This document shows positions 23,606 through 32,696 of a DNA stretch of 51,600 bases, in pieces. The translations under genes and the position numbers were made by a program. The first letter of the stretch is position 1. Each line of letters opens with the position of its first letter. The stretch comes from Deltaproteobacteria bacterium (GTDB taxonomy: Bacteria; Myxococcota; JACRCW01), in contig JACRCW010000033.1 in the NCBI GenBank assembly GCA_016218805.1, positions 1 to 51,600 of the forward strand, read 5' to 3'. The notes beneath the pieces are model-generated. The model was not told where the DNA came from and ran no database searches. It saw only the letters and a program-made list of their open reading frames with translations.

Positions 23606-24902
23606 CCACGCGCGCCCCGGCGAGCAGCAGCAGCACCGAGGGAATACCGCCGGAATCGGAATCGGCGGCCCGGCAGGAGCACGTCTCCGCCGGTGGCGGG
23701 TCGCTGCCGGCATCGGCTGGCGGCGCGGTTCCCCCGTCCGCGGGGAGGACCGCGCCATCCCGCAGCGCGGACGCATCCACCGGCGAGGCGGCGTCCGCAG
23801 CCACGGACGCGTCAGTCGTCACCGCCGCGTCAACCGTGACGGCGGCGTCCACCGGGCCCGCGTCCGCCCCGCAGCCTGACGTCACGCCCAGGTACGGATT
23901 CCAGCAGTATTCCAGCGAAAACGGCGCCGGAAAACCCAGGCGCCGGAACATGGTCCAGGCGGGATCAAAGAACTGCTCGCCTTCGGCGGAGACGCCCGCG
24001 CCGGGGTCCTGCGTCCAGGCTGCGCCCGGAGAACTGCCGCGGTCACCGCGGTATTTCCGGCCAATTCCCGTGGGACAGGTGAACTGGTTGCAGCGGGATC
24101 CTGCGTAGTCCAGCGCATCCGCAAACGGGGTCCCCACGCCCAGCTCGTGGATGTGCGGCCAGATGGTGGTGTCCAGCGGCGCCAGCACGTAGCCCGCCTC
24201 CACCGCCTGGTCCGTCACCACCGCCGGCATTCCCGGATTCCGGTCCGGCCGGTAGATGACGCCTGTCTTGTCAATATGCGGTGTTTCGGCGTGGTTGCAG
24301 GTGAGCTGCAGGTCCGGGAACAACCGGTTGGGCGGTGAGAACCCGCCGCACAACCCGTGCCCCACCATCTGGGAGTACACCAGCGGCCGCCCGGTGCCGG
24401 CCTCCCGCTTGACTTCGCCACGGACCGGCCCCGCACCGTCGGTCACGCCCGCCGTGCCCCGGTACGCGAACCACTCCAGGTGGAAGCGCACCTCCATCGC
24501 CTCCAGCGTCCCCAGCGCGCCGTCGCGGCGCACCACCATGAGGATGCTCTCCGTGTCGTGTTCGTGCCCGTTGGTCAGCTTGAAATCCAGCGGGTGGTAC
24601 GGCTGGTACTGGATGAACCAGTGCGTTGGCGTCTGTTGGACGGACCAGTAGACGGTGGCCACCAGCGGGCAGCCCTGGTTGGCGCATGCGGGCGCCGAGC
24701 AGTCCCCGCTGTTGGCCCAGCATTCCATGTTGTCCGCGTTGTCCACCCCATCCCAGTTCCCGTCAAAATCAAACCCGGAATACAGGTCTTTGAGCGGGTC
24801 GTGAATCTCCTGGAAAATCACCGGGGCGTGCTGGAGCGCCAGGGCGGCGGCCTCCGGCGGCTGGGCCGGCAGCGCCAGGAAAGCCACAAAGAGCTGGTGC
24901 AT
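23574..24902 (-). CDS. Secreted protein with NPP1/Vps62-like motif, low-complexity linker and MYXO-CTERM-like tail
   Basis: Signal peptide; VYWSV...GHEHDTE; C-terminus CSCRAA...LLLLAGARVVRARR. Confidence 0.7.
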   Translation of the reverse strand: MHQLFVAFLALPAQPPEAAALALQHAPVIFQEIHDPLKDLYSGFDFDGNWDGVDNADNMECWANSGDCSAPACANQGCPLVATVYWSVQQTPTHWFIQYQPYHPLDFKLTNGHEHDTESILMVVRRDGALGTLEAMEVRFHLEWFAYRGTAGVTDGAGPVRGEVKREAGTGRPLVYSQMVGHGLCGGFSPPNRLFPDLQLTCNHAETPHIDKTGVIYRPDRNPGMPAVVTDQAVEAGYVLAPLDTTIWPHIHELGVGTPFADALDYAGSRCNQFTCPTGIGRKYRGDRGSSPGAAWTQDPGAGVSAEGEQFFDPAWTMFRRLGFPAPFSLEYCWNPYLGVTSGCGADAGPVDAAVTVDAAVTTDASVAADAASPVDASALRDGAVLPADGGTAPPADAGSDPPPAETCSCRAADSDSGGIPSVLLLLAGARVVRARRATPSS

Positions 24903-25044
24903 GGGCCGTCTATTAGCCCCGCGTTGGGTGGCTGAACATGGGTGGTCGGGCTCACAGGCTGGTGCAGATCGTCACTGGCAGGCTGGTCTTGGGCGGGCAG
25001 AATCCCTAGCTGTGGATGAGCATCGCACTCAGGAGGGGTTCCAC

Positions 25045-25950
25045 ATGCGCGCGAATTGGGGACTGTGGGCGGTTGCAGGGACCATCGGATGCGCGGCCCC
25101 GTGGGACCAGGCGGTCAGCCCGGCGGTGGCCGTGGAAAGCGCCTTCCTGCGCGGCCAGGTCGGGTACGTGGATCAGATTGACCAGGTGGCGGATGACGCG
25201 TTCCTCAGTGACGACGGAGCGTGGACGACGCTGCAGGTGATGGTGGACCGCCAGGGTGAAGCGGCCATGGCCCTGGTGGACATCCAGGGAGGGCTGGGCC
25301 TGCTGATCCAGGGTGAAGTGCCCGAATGGACCGAGGGCCGCTCGTTGCCGCAACCGCTGGTGGTGACGGGTTGCTCCGGTCTGGCGCGTGGCATGTGGGA
25401 CTATGACGCGGAGGCGGATCTCACGGACGTCCGCATCGTGGACTCGCCCGCGCCCGGGTTGCGCCGCGTGGAGTTTGTCTCCCATTGGGCGGGCGACCAT
25501 CAGGGGCTTCCGCCGCACAGCGTGCAGGGTCACCTGGACGTGCGCGCCCTGGACGAGGACCGGAGCCCGCCCGAAGGAGCCGCAGCAGAGCCCTCCGGGC
25601 TGCCGGTGGTGGCCGGCAACGGCGTGGGGACGCTGCACGGCGCGCGGGTGCTTGGCCGCCCGGCCCAGGCCGCCGCGTCCTCCTATGACGGAGGCCGCGC
25701 GGTGGTGCTGACCTGGACGGTGGACCGGCGGGATGTCGTTGTGGCCGTGGACGTGCGGGCGGACCGCGTGGATGGCCCGGTGAGGGACGGAGCCATGGAC
25801 GTGTCCGCGGCCATGCCGGGATGGGGCAGCCCCGCGCTGTCTGAACTGAATGCGCAGACCACGGATGACGGGGCCCAGCGCTGGTACGCGTTCACCGCGC
25901 GCTGGGTGGACGGGAGCGAGTTGAGCGCGTCGTTCGCGCTGCCCCGCTGA
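25045..25950 (+). CDS. Hypothetical lipoprotein
   Basis: AGGAGG RBS; lipobox-like TIGC. Confidence 0.7.
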   Translation: MRANWGLWAVAGTIGCAAPWDQAVSPAVAVESAFLRGQVGYVDQIDQVADDAFLSDDGAWTTLQVMVDRQGEAAMALVDIQGGLGLLIQGEVPEWTEGRSLPQPLVVTGCSGLARGMWDYDAEADLTDVRIVDSPAPGLRRVEFVSHWAGDHQGLPPHSVQGHLDVRALDEDRSPPEGAAAEPSGLPVVAGNGVGTLHGARVLGRPAQAAASSYDGGRAVVLTWTVDRRDVVVAVDVRADRVDGPVRDGAMDVSAAMPGWGSPALSELNAQTTDDGAQRWYAFTARWVDGSELSASFALPR

Positions 25951-25962
25951 ACCCGTGGGGGT

Positions 25963-28050
25963 TCACCACACTTCGCAGCGGTTGGCGGCGGGCTGCATCA
26001 TGGGCGCGTCATCCTTGCAAGCAAACGCTTCCTTGAACGTGGCCAGGTTCCCCAGCGGGCCGTTCACGCGCCACTTGGGGGGACTGTGCGGGTCCGTGGC
26101 GGCGCGCATGCGCGCCATCTCGTCGCGGTACTTGGAGCACCAGGACTGCGCGTAGCCGTAAAAGAACTGCTGCTGCGGCGTGTATTTGAACTTCTTGAGG
26201 TCCGCGTTGTCCTTGGTGGCCAGCATCATGGCCATGAAGCTCAGCTTGAGCCCGCCCAGGTCCGCGGTGTTCTCGCCCAGCGTGAGCTGCCCGTTGATCT
26301 TGATGTCCTCAATCGCCGTGTACCCGTCGTACTGGGTCTTGACGCACGCGGTGCGTTCGCTGAAGGCCTTGGCGCTCTCCGCGGTCCACCAATCCGTGAG
26401 ATTGCCCTGCGCGTCAAACTGGCGTCCCTCGTCGTCAAACCCGTGGGTGACTTCATGTCCCACCACCATGCCCATGGCGCCGTAGTTCACGGGCGCCGTG
26501 GCGTCCTTGTTGAAGAACGGGGGCTGCAGGATGCCCGCGGGGAAGACAATCTCGTTCCACTGCGGGTTGTAGTACGCGTTCACCGTCGGCGGGGACATGT
26601 ACCATTCCGTGCGGTCCACGGGCTTGCCAATCTTCCCCAGGTCCCGCCGCGCTTCAAACTGCGCCAATGAACCCGCGTTGGCTGCAAAGTTGCCCCGCGC
26701 GATCTTGACGCCGTCATACTTCCGCCAGGTGTCCGGGTAGCCCACCTTGTTCATGATGGTCTTGAGCTTGCCCAGCGCCTTCTCCTTGGTCGGCGCGTCC
26801 ATCCACGCCAGCGTGGCCAGGTTGTCCTCAAATGCCTTCTCAATGTTGGCAACCAGCTCGCGCGTGATCTTCTTGCCGTCCTCGCCAAAGTACTTGGCCA
26901 CAAACGGCACGGCCACCGCCTCGCCCAGGAACATGTCCGTGAACGTCACGCACTTCTTCCACCGCGGCAGGTCCTCCTTGGCGCCGGTCAGCGCCTTGCT
27001 CTTGAAGCGGAAGTCCTCGTCCACAAAGCCCTTGCCCAAGAACGGCGCCACCGCGCTGAGGAACTGCCAGGACAGGTAGGCCTTCAGCTCCGGGGCCTTG
27101 GTGGCCTTCAGCACCGCGCCCACCTTCTCCAGGAAACCGATGTGCGTGACGTTGCCGCCCTTCACATCCGGCACGCCCATGGCCTTGAAATACGCGGGCC
27201 AGTCCAGGTTGCCGGCAGCCTTCTTGAGGCCGGCCAGGTCGGTGGGGTGGTAGAGCTTGGAGGGCTCGCGGCGCTCCACCTTGGTCAGGCTGGCCTCCGC
27301 CAGCTGTTTCTCCAGCGCGTAGATGGCGTCCGCGTTCTTCTTGGCGTCCGCCTCCTTCTGCCCGGCCAGCACCAGCACCTTGGCCACGTGCTCCACGTAG
27401 TCCTTCTGGATCTGGACCGATTTCTCGTCGGTCTTGGTGTAGTAGTCGCGGTCCGGCAGCCCCAGGCCGGCCTGGTCCAGCTCCGCAATGACCTTGGTGG
27501 AATCCTTGAAATCCACCGCGCTGGCAAAATGAAAGAACGGATACACGCCCATTCCGTGCATGGCCGCCAGCACGGGCAGCAGCGTCTTGGCGTCCTTCAC
27601 CTTCTCAATCGCCTTGAGCTGCTCAGTCACCGTGGCGCTGCCTCCTTCCTGGTCCTTCTCATCCATGCAGGACGCAAAGAAGTCCCCCGTCTCCTTGGCG
27701 TACGGCGTGCCCTCCGGGGCCTTGCCCGCCGCCAGCTCCTCCAGGATTTCCTTGAGGCGCTGTTCATTCTGCTGGTGGATCTCCATGAACCCGCGCGACC
27801 AGGCCGCGCGGTCCGCGGGAATTTCCGTCTTGGCCAGCCAGCCGCCGCACGCGTGCTGGTAGAAGTCCGTGCACGGGTCGGTGGTGGCGTCCATGATGGA
27901 CACGTCCACGCCGGGGGGCACGGGCAACTCGGCGGGCGCCGGCGCCGCGGGCTTGGTGGCCTGCGCCGCGTCATCCTTCTTGGGCTCTGTGGACTTGCAG
28001 CTGCTCACGGCGAACAGGGCCACGACGGCCAGGGTCCTCTTGTTGCGCAC
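25963..28050 (-). CDS. M13 family (neprilysin/PepO-like) zinc metallopeptidase, lipoprotein
   Basis: DPCTDFYQHACGGW, VNAYY, GHEVTHGFD, GENTAD, DPHSP; lipobox VSSC. Confidence 0.97.
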   Translation of the reverse strand: MRNKRTLAVVALFAVSSCKSTEPKKDDAAQATKPAAPAPAELPVPPGVDVSIMDATTDPCTDFYQHACGGWLAKTEIPADRAAWSRGFMEIHQQNEQRLKEILEELAAGKAPEGTPYAKETGDFFASCMDEKDQEGGSATVTEQLKAIEKVKDAKTLLPVLAAMHGMGVYPFFHFASAVDFKDSTKVIAELDQAGLGLPDRDYYTKTDEKSVQIQKDYVEHVAKVLVLAGQKEADAKKNADAIYALEKQLAEASLTKVERREPSKLYHPTDLAGLKKAAGNLDWPAYFKAMGVPDVKGGNVTHIGFLEKVGAVLKATKAPELKAYLSWQFLSAVAPFLGKGFVDEDFRFKSKALTGAKEDLPRWKKCVTFTDMFLGEAVAVPFVAKYFGEDGKKITRELVANIEKAFEDNLATLAWMDAPTKEKALGKLKTIMNKVGYPDTWRKYDGVKIARGNFAANAGSLAQFEARRDLGKIGKPVDRTEWYMSPPTVNAYYNPQWNEIVFPAGILQPPFFNKDATAPVNYGAMGMVVGHEVTHGFDDEGRQFDAQGNLTDWWTAESAKAFSERTACVKTQYDGYTAIEDIKINGQLTLGENTADLGGLKLSFMAMMLATKDNADLKKFKYTPQQQFFYGYAQSWCSKYRDEMARMRAATDPHSPPKWRVNGPLGNLATFKEAFACKDDAPMMQPAANRCEVW

Positions 28051-28115
28051 GGCTGCCTCCTCAATGGGTGAAATGGGAGGCGCAACCTAGGGCCCAGGCC
28101 GCTGCCGTGGCAACG

Positions 28116-29006
28116 TCAATCCGCGAGAATCTGCACGCGGTTGCGGACGGCCAGCGCGCGCCCGCCGGGGACCAGGTCCTCCACCCCCAGGCCTATCTCC
28201 GCAATGTCCTTGGCCACGTCGTCATAGCCCTTGTCGGTGACGGGGCTGAGGCCGGTGATGTTGCCCAGGCGCAGCAGCAGCGCGCGGCCTTCGTCCGTGG
28301 TGGGGAGCGCGGCCACGGCCTTCACCAGCGCGGCCGCGCGGTCCGGGGCCAGGCCACGGCGCACAAACAGCGGTTCATTGGGCACCGTGCCCGTGTTGGC
28401 CAGCACCTTCAGCCCCGGCTCAGCGGCAATGGCCCCGTGGAACACCGCGGCCGCATCCACCTGCTTGTCCTTCAGCGCCTGGATGGCGGCGGGGTGGCTG
28501 CCGGCAAACCGCGTCACCGGGCGCACGCCCTCGTCCTTGAGGCGGCGCGCCGGGAGCAGGAAACCGGAGACGGAGTATTCATCCACAAACGCCAGCGGAC
28601 GGCCTTGCAGGTCCTTCAGGGTCTGCACCGTTCCGTCGTCACGGATGACAATCTCACCCACGTAATTGGCCTGGTTTTGACCGCGTAACAACTGCAAACG
28701 CGCTTCCACGCGGTACTCGTGGCGGGCCAGCATGTACTCAAACAATGACAGCAGGCCCGCGTCCGCCGCGTTGCCCGCAAACGCCTCCACGGCGGAGGCG
28801 GCGTCCCGGGCCACATTGACCCGCACGGCCAGACCCGCGCTGGCGGTGAGCAGCTGCTCCAGCGCGGCACGGCCATCCGCGCCCAGGCCCGCCCCGTGCG
28901 CCGGGGAAAGCTCCAGGACCAGCGGCCGCGCCGCCGCCTCCGGGGAGCGGCAGGCGGGGAGCGCCACCGCAAGGGCCAGGGACCGCAAGAGGAAGGCGCG
29001 CTTCAT
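28116..29006 (-). CDS. PhnD/SsuA-type phosphate/phosphonate substrate-binding lipoprotein
   Basis: Lipobox LPAC; LKDLQGRPLAFVDEYSVSGFLLP, FAGSH, VDAAA, VPNEP. Confidence 0.85.
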   Translation of the reverse strand: MKRAFLLRSLALAVALPACRSPEAAARPLVLELSPAHGAGLGADGRAALEQLLTASAGLAVRVNVARDAASAVEAFAGNAADAGLLSLFEYMLARHEYRVEARLQLLRGQNQANYVGEIVIRDDGTVQTLKDLQGRPLAFVDEYSVSGFLLPARRLKDEGVRPVTRFAGSHPAAIQALKDKQVDAAAVFHGAIAAEPGLKVLANTGTVPNEPLFVRRGLAPDRAAALVKAVAALPTTDEGRALLLRLGNITGLSPVTDKGYDDVAKDIAEIGLGVEDLVPGGRALAVRNRVQILAD

Positions 29007-29007
29007 G

Positions 29008-29685
29008 TCAGGCAACTCCGTCAGTGGGATGGGGAACGCGGGGCGCCGCGGCGCTCACCGCAGAGGAGGCGCCCGGCGTGGAACTGGCAGGCGACTCGCC
29101 GCTGCTGGAGGCCCCAGCCGGCGCGCTGCTGCCGGTGTGGGAGGACGCGGGCGCGGCGGAGGAGGCGGGTGCGCTGCTGGGGGCCGCGGACGTGGCGGCC
29201 GACGAGGCCGCTGCGGAACTGGACACCGCGGCGGCTGACGAGGGGGCCGGCAGCGACGAGGCGGCCCCCGCCGACGAGGACACCGGCGGCGCAGAGGTTG
29301 CCTGGGATGACGAGGCAACCCCGGCGGACGACGAGACCCCGGCGGCGGACGACGAGCCTCCCTCCGAGGACGAGGCGGGCCCCGACGAGCTGCGCACGGC
29401 GCTGGCGGAGGCCGCGCCCGAGCTGCCATTGCGGGATGACAAACCGGACGAGGAAGGGGACGGGCCGGAGGCGCTGGACGGGGTTGTGCCCGACGAGGAG
29501 GGCGCCGAGGACGCGGGCGTCCCGTCCGGGAAGCGGCAGTCCCCGTCCCGGCAGGTGGCGCCTCCGGTGCCAAAGCAGTCCGCGTCCGACGCACACGGCC
29601 ACACGCCGCCGGACTGCAACGCCAGGCAGCCCCCGAGGAACAACCCCAGGCCGCCCACCCTCCAGACGCCCAGACTGCGCCGCAT
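29008..29685 (-). CDS. Ser/Ala-rich lipoprotein with a small Cys-rich N-terminal domain
   Basis: Lipobox LGGC; PCASDADC...CRDGDC; long SSS/AAS repeats. Confidence 0.6.
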   Translation of the reverse strand: MRRSLGVWRVGGLGLFLGGCLALQSGGVWPCASDADCFGTGGATCRDGDCRFPDGTPASSAPSSSGTTPSSASGPSPSSSGLSSRNGSSGAASASAVRSSSGPASSSEGGSSSAAGVSSSAGVASSSQATSAPPVSSSAGAASSLPAPSSAAAVSSSAAASSAATSAAPSSAPASSAAPASSHTGSSAPAGASSSGESPASSTPGASSAVSAAAPRVPHPTDGVA

Positions 29686-29807
29686 GAACCCGCCGCCCTC
29701 CACGTTGGCGGGGCACGCTAGCAGGGAGGCGGCGGGCGCCAACAGGCGCGTCCCGGGCGCATTGCCTTGCCAAGCGCGCCGGCCTGTGGTTTTCCAGCGC
29801 GCTCGCC

Positions 29808-30827
29808 ATGAGCATCCTCCCGTCACACGCCGCCCCCGACGACACCGACCTGGCCCTTGCGCGGGAGCTGGCGGAATCCGCCATTGCCATCCGCCGCGAG
29901 ATCCACAAGCGCGTCGTCGGGCAGGACAGCGTCATTGAGCACCTGCTGGTGGCGCTGTTTTCGCGCAGCCACGGGTTGTTTGTGGGCGTGCCGGGCCTGG
30001 CCAAGACGCTGCTCATCCAGACGCTGGCGGACGTGTTGGGCCTGACCTTCAACCGCATCCAGTTCACGCCGGACCTGATGCCGTCAGACATCACCGGCAC
30101 GGACGTGCTGGAGGAGGACCGCCAGACGGGCCACCGCGCGTTCCGCTTCATCAAGGGGCCGGTGTTTGCCCACGTGGTGCTGGCGGACGAGATCAACCGC
30201 ACCCCGCCCAAGACGCAGAGCGCGCTGCTGCAGGCCATGGCGGAGCAGAAGGTGACCGCTGGCGGACGGACCTACCCGTTGGAGCCGCCGTTCCTGGTCT
30301 TTGCCACGCAGAACCCCATTGAGCAGGAAGGCACCTACCCGCTGCCGGAGGCGCAGCTGGACCGTTTCATGTTCCTCATTGACGTGGGCTACCCCACGCG
30401 TGACGAGGAGCAGCATATTGTCCGCATGACCACCAGCGCCCCGCCGCCGCCGGTGCAGCCCGTGGTGGGGCGGGAGCGGATCCTGGAACTGCAGGAACTG
30501 GTGCGCCGCGTCCCGGTGCCGCCGCACGTGGTGGACTACGCGGTGGCGCTGGCGCGCGCCACGCGCCCCGGTGAGCGGGACGCATTCCCGGAGGTGAAGG
30601 ACTGGGTGTCATTTGGCGCGGGCCCGCGGGCCAGCCAGTTCCTGGTGCTGGGCGCCAAGGCGCGGGCCGTGGTGCAGGGCCGGTTTGCCGCCAGTGTGGA
30701 TGACGTGCTGGCCCTGGCGCGCCCGGTGCTGGTCCACCGCGTGCTGATGAACTTCCGCGCAGAGGCGTCCGGGAAGACCAGCCGGGACGTCATTGACGTG
30801 GTGCTGCAGCGCGTTGCGCGGAACTGA
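29808..30827 (+). CDS. MoxR family AAA+ ATPase
   Basis: GVPGLAKT, RIQFTPDLMPSD, LADEINRTPPKTQSALL, PLPEAQLDRF. Confidence 0.97.
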   Translation: MSILPSHAAPDDTDLALARELAESAIAIRREIHKRVVGQDSVIEHLLVALFSRSHGLFVGVPGLAKTLLIQTLADVLGLTFNRIQFTPDLMPSDITGTDVLEEDRQTGHRAFRFIKGPVFAHVVLADEINRTPPKTQSALLQAMAEQKVTAGGRTYPLEPPFLVFATQNPIEQEGTYPLPEAQLDRFMFLIDVGYPTRDEEQHIVRMTTSAPPPPVQPVVGRERILELQELVRRVPVPPHVVDYAVALARATRPGERDAFPEVKDWVSFGAGPRASQFLVLGAKARAVVQGRFAASVDDVLALARPVLVHRVLMNFRAEASGKTSRDVIDVVLQRVARN

Positions 30828-30873
30828 GGCCGGCGCCGTTGAAGACCGGCGGCGCGTCTGGCATGACGTCGGC

Positions 30874-31710
30874 ATGCGCAAGCCCTGGCTCCTGATCGCG
30901 CTGCTGTGCGCCGCCTGCGGGTGGCTGCCGCCGCTGGGCCCGCAGCCCAAGTATGACGACAACACCGGCCTCACGGGCGTGCCCACTGGCGAGGGTTCCC
31001 TCGCCGGGACGTGGGCGTTTGTGATCGAATTTGCCACCATTGTGCGGCTGCCCATCCTGGGGGACCGCAACGGGGGCAGCCAGAGCATCCGCATCCTGCA
31101 CCGGACCTGGGACGCGGACCGCAAGGTCTACACAGACCTGTTCAAGTGGTGCCACCACGAGGTGTTTGAGGTGGAGGGCACGCGCAGCGTGATCACGGAT
31201 GAGACGGTGCGGAAGATCCATGAGACCGGCGGGGAGGTCACGGTGGACCACGCGCGGGGCGACTACCAGACGGGCACCATTGTGGTGACCTGGGGCGTTC
31301 AGAACCTGCCGGACCCCGAGCACACCGAGCTGCCCACCAAGGACAACTACACCTCACCGCCGCAGAGTGACTGGATGCTGGACGAGGACGGCGACTCCCA
31401 CCCGGGCGTCACCGTCAACCTGGAGGGCGCGCTGGGCGGGTACGCGTACGTGGTGAGCCGCAACATCCACACCATGGATGGGACGGTGATTTCGCCGGAC
31501 CGGATCCAGGGGCTCACCCGTTCCAGCAGCAACCAGCAGCACACGGTGGAAGCGCAGAACCACCTGGCGCGCGGCGAAAGCCGGGTGCGCCCGGATCCGG
31601 ATCCCAAGGAGAGCTGGTTTGACATGGTGCGCATGCCGGATGGCGCCACCTGTGACGACGTCATGGCCGCGGCCAACGACGGCCGTGTCTCCACCCGCCG
31701 CCCGTTCTGA
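30874..31710 (+). CDS. Hypothetical lipoprotein
   Basis: Lipobox CAAC; acidic DEDGDSHPG possible Ca-binding loop. Confidence 0.75.
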   Translation: MRKPWLLIALLCAACGWLPPLGPQPKYDDNTGLTGVPTGEGSLAGTWAFVIEFATIVRLPILGDRNGGSQSIRILHRTWDADRKVYTDLFKWCHHEVFEVEGTRSVITDETVRKIHETGGEVTVDHARGDYQTGTIVVTWGVQNLPDPEHTELPTKDNYTSPPQSDWMLDEDGDSHPGVTVNLEGALGGYAYVVSRNIHTMDGTVISPDRIQGLTRSSSNQQHTVEAQNHLARGESRVRPDPDPKESWFDMVRMPDGATCDDVMAAANDGRVSTRRPF

Positions 31711-31717
31711 GCCGCCC

Positions 31718-32692
31718 ATGACCCCGCTGCTGGACCTCCCGCACCGCGAGGCCGTCCGCCGCCTGCGCGACGGTGCCGTGGTGTTCCTGTTTGCCAATCC
31801 CGTTGAATTCCACGGGCCGCACCTGTCACTCCACAATGACCACCTGGTGTCCCGCGGGTTGGCGGGGGCGCTGGAGGAGCGGTTGCGGGTGACGCACCCG
31901 GACTGGGACTTCCTGGCCACCGCGGACCTGGAGGCGGGCATGGAGCCGGTGGCGGGTCCGGGCACCCGGCACCCGCCGTTCCACGTGGTCCGCGCGCTGG
32001 TGCTGGAGTCCTGCCGCGCGCTGCTGGAGATGGGCGCGCGCCGCGTGATCCTGATGACGTTCCACGGTGACCCCATGCACAACCACGCGCTGCAGGCGGG
32101 CGTGGAACTGCTGCGGCGCGGGGGCGCGCGCGCGTTCAATCCGTTCAATGGGATGATGCAGGAGATGCTGGGTTGGAAAGCGGATGAACCCAGCCTGGCC
32201 GGCGCGGTGGCGCACCTCCCCGCAGACCGCCGTGAGGACGTGCTGCGCACGCTCAACCTGGATTTCCACGCCGGTTTTCTGGAGACGTCATTGGCGCTGC
32301 ATTACGCGCCGCACTCCGTGGACCCGGTGCACCGCACTCTGCCGCCGTGCGCCCCGTGGACGCGGGACGGGGCGTTCCTGGCGGCCGCGGCGGTGGCGCG
32401 GCGGGCGGGCGCGGCTGAGCTGGCACGGGACCTTGCGTTTGCGGCCGAGGCCATGGGCTGGAAGGCGTTGCGCCCGTTCCCCGGCTACACGTCCGCCCCG
32501 TCGTGGGCCACGCCGGAGGCGGGCGCCATCATCGGGGCTTCCGTGGTCTCGCGTTTTGCGGCGGCCGCGGAGGACGTCCTGGCCGGGCGGGGGGACGGGC
32601 CGGCGCCGGTGATGGGCTGGCTGCTGGGGGCCACCCTGGGCGGGCGCGTGGCGCTGCCGGTTCCGTCGTTGGAGACGCTGGGGCTGGCGTGA
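31718..32692 (+). CDS. Creatininase/creatinine amidohydrolase family protein
   Basis: VEFHGPHL..ND, FHGD, DFHAGFLETS. Confidence 0.88.
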   Translation: MTPLLDLPHREAVRRLRDGAVVFLFANPVEFHGPHLSLHNDHLVSRGLAGALEERLRVTHPDWDFLATADLEAGMEPVAGPGTRHPPFHVVRALVLESCRALLEMGARRVILMTFHGDPMHNHALQAGVELLRRGGARAFNPFNGMMQEMLGWKADEPSLAGAVAHLPADRREDVLRTLNLDFHAGFLETSLALHYAPHSVDPVHRTLPPCAPWTRDGAFLAAAAVARRAGAAELARDLAFAAEAMGWKALRPFPGYTSAPSWATPEAGAIIGASVVSRFAAAAEDVLAGRGDGPAPVMGWLLGATLGGRVALPVPSLETLGLA

Positions 32693-32696
32693 GGCC

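Noticed and set aside
29024..29938. Plus-strand acidic 304-aa ORF
   Set aside because: Mirror of the Ser-rich minus-strand lipoprotein, which has a lipobox, a Cys domain and operon coupling to the PhnD-like gene; the plus ORF also overlaps MoxR.
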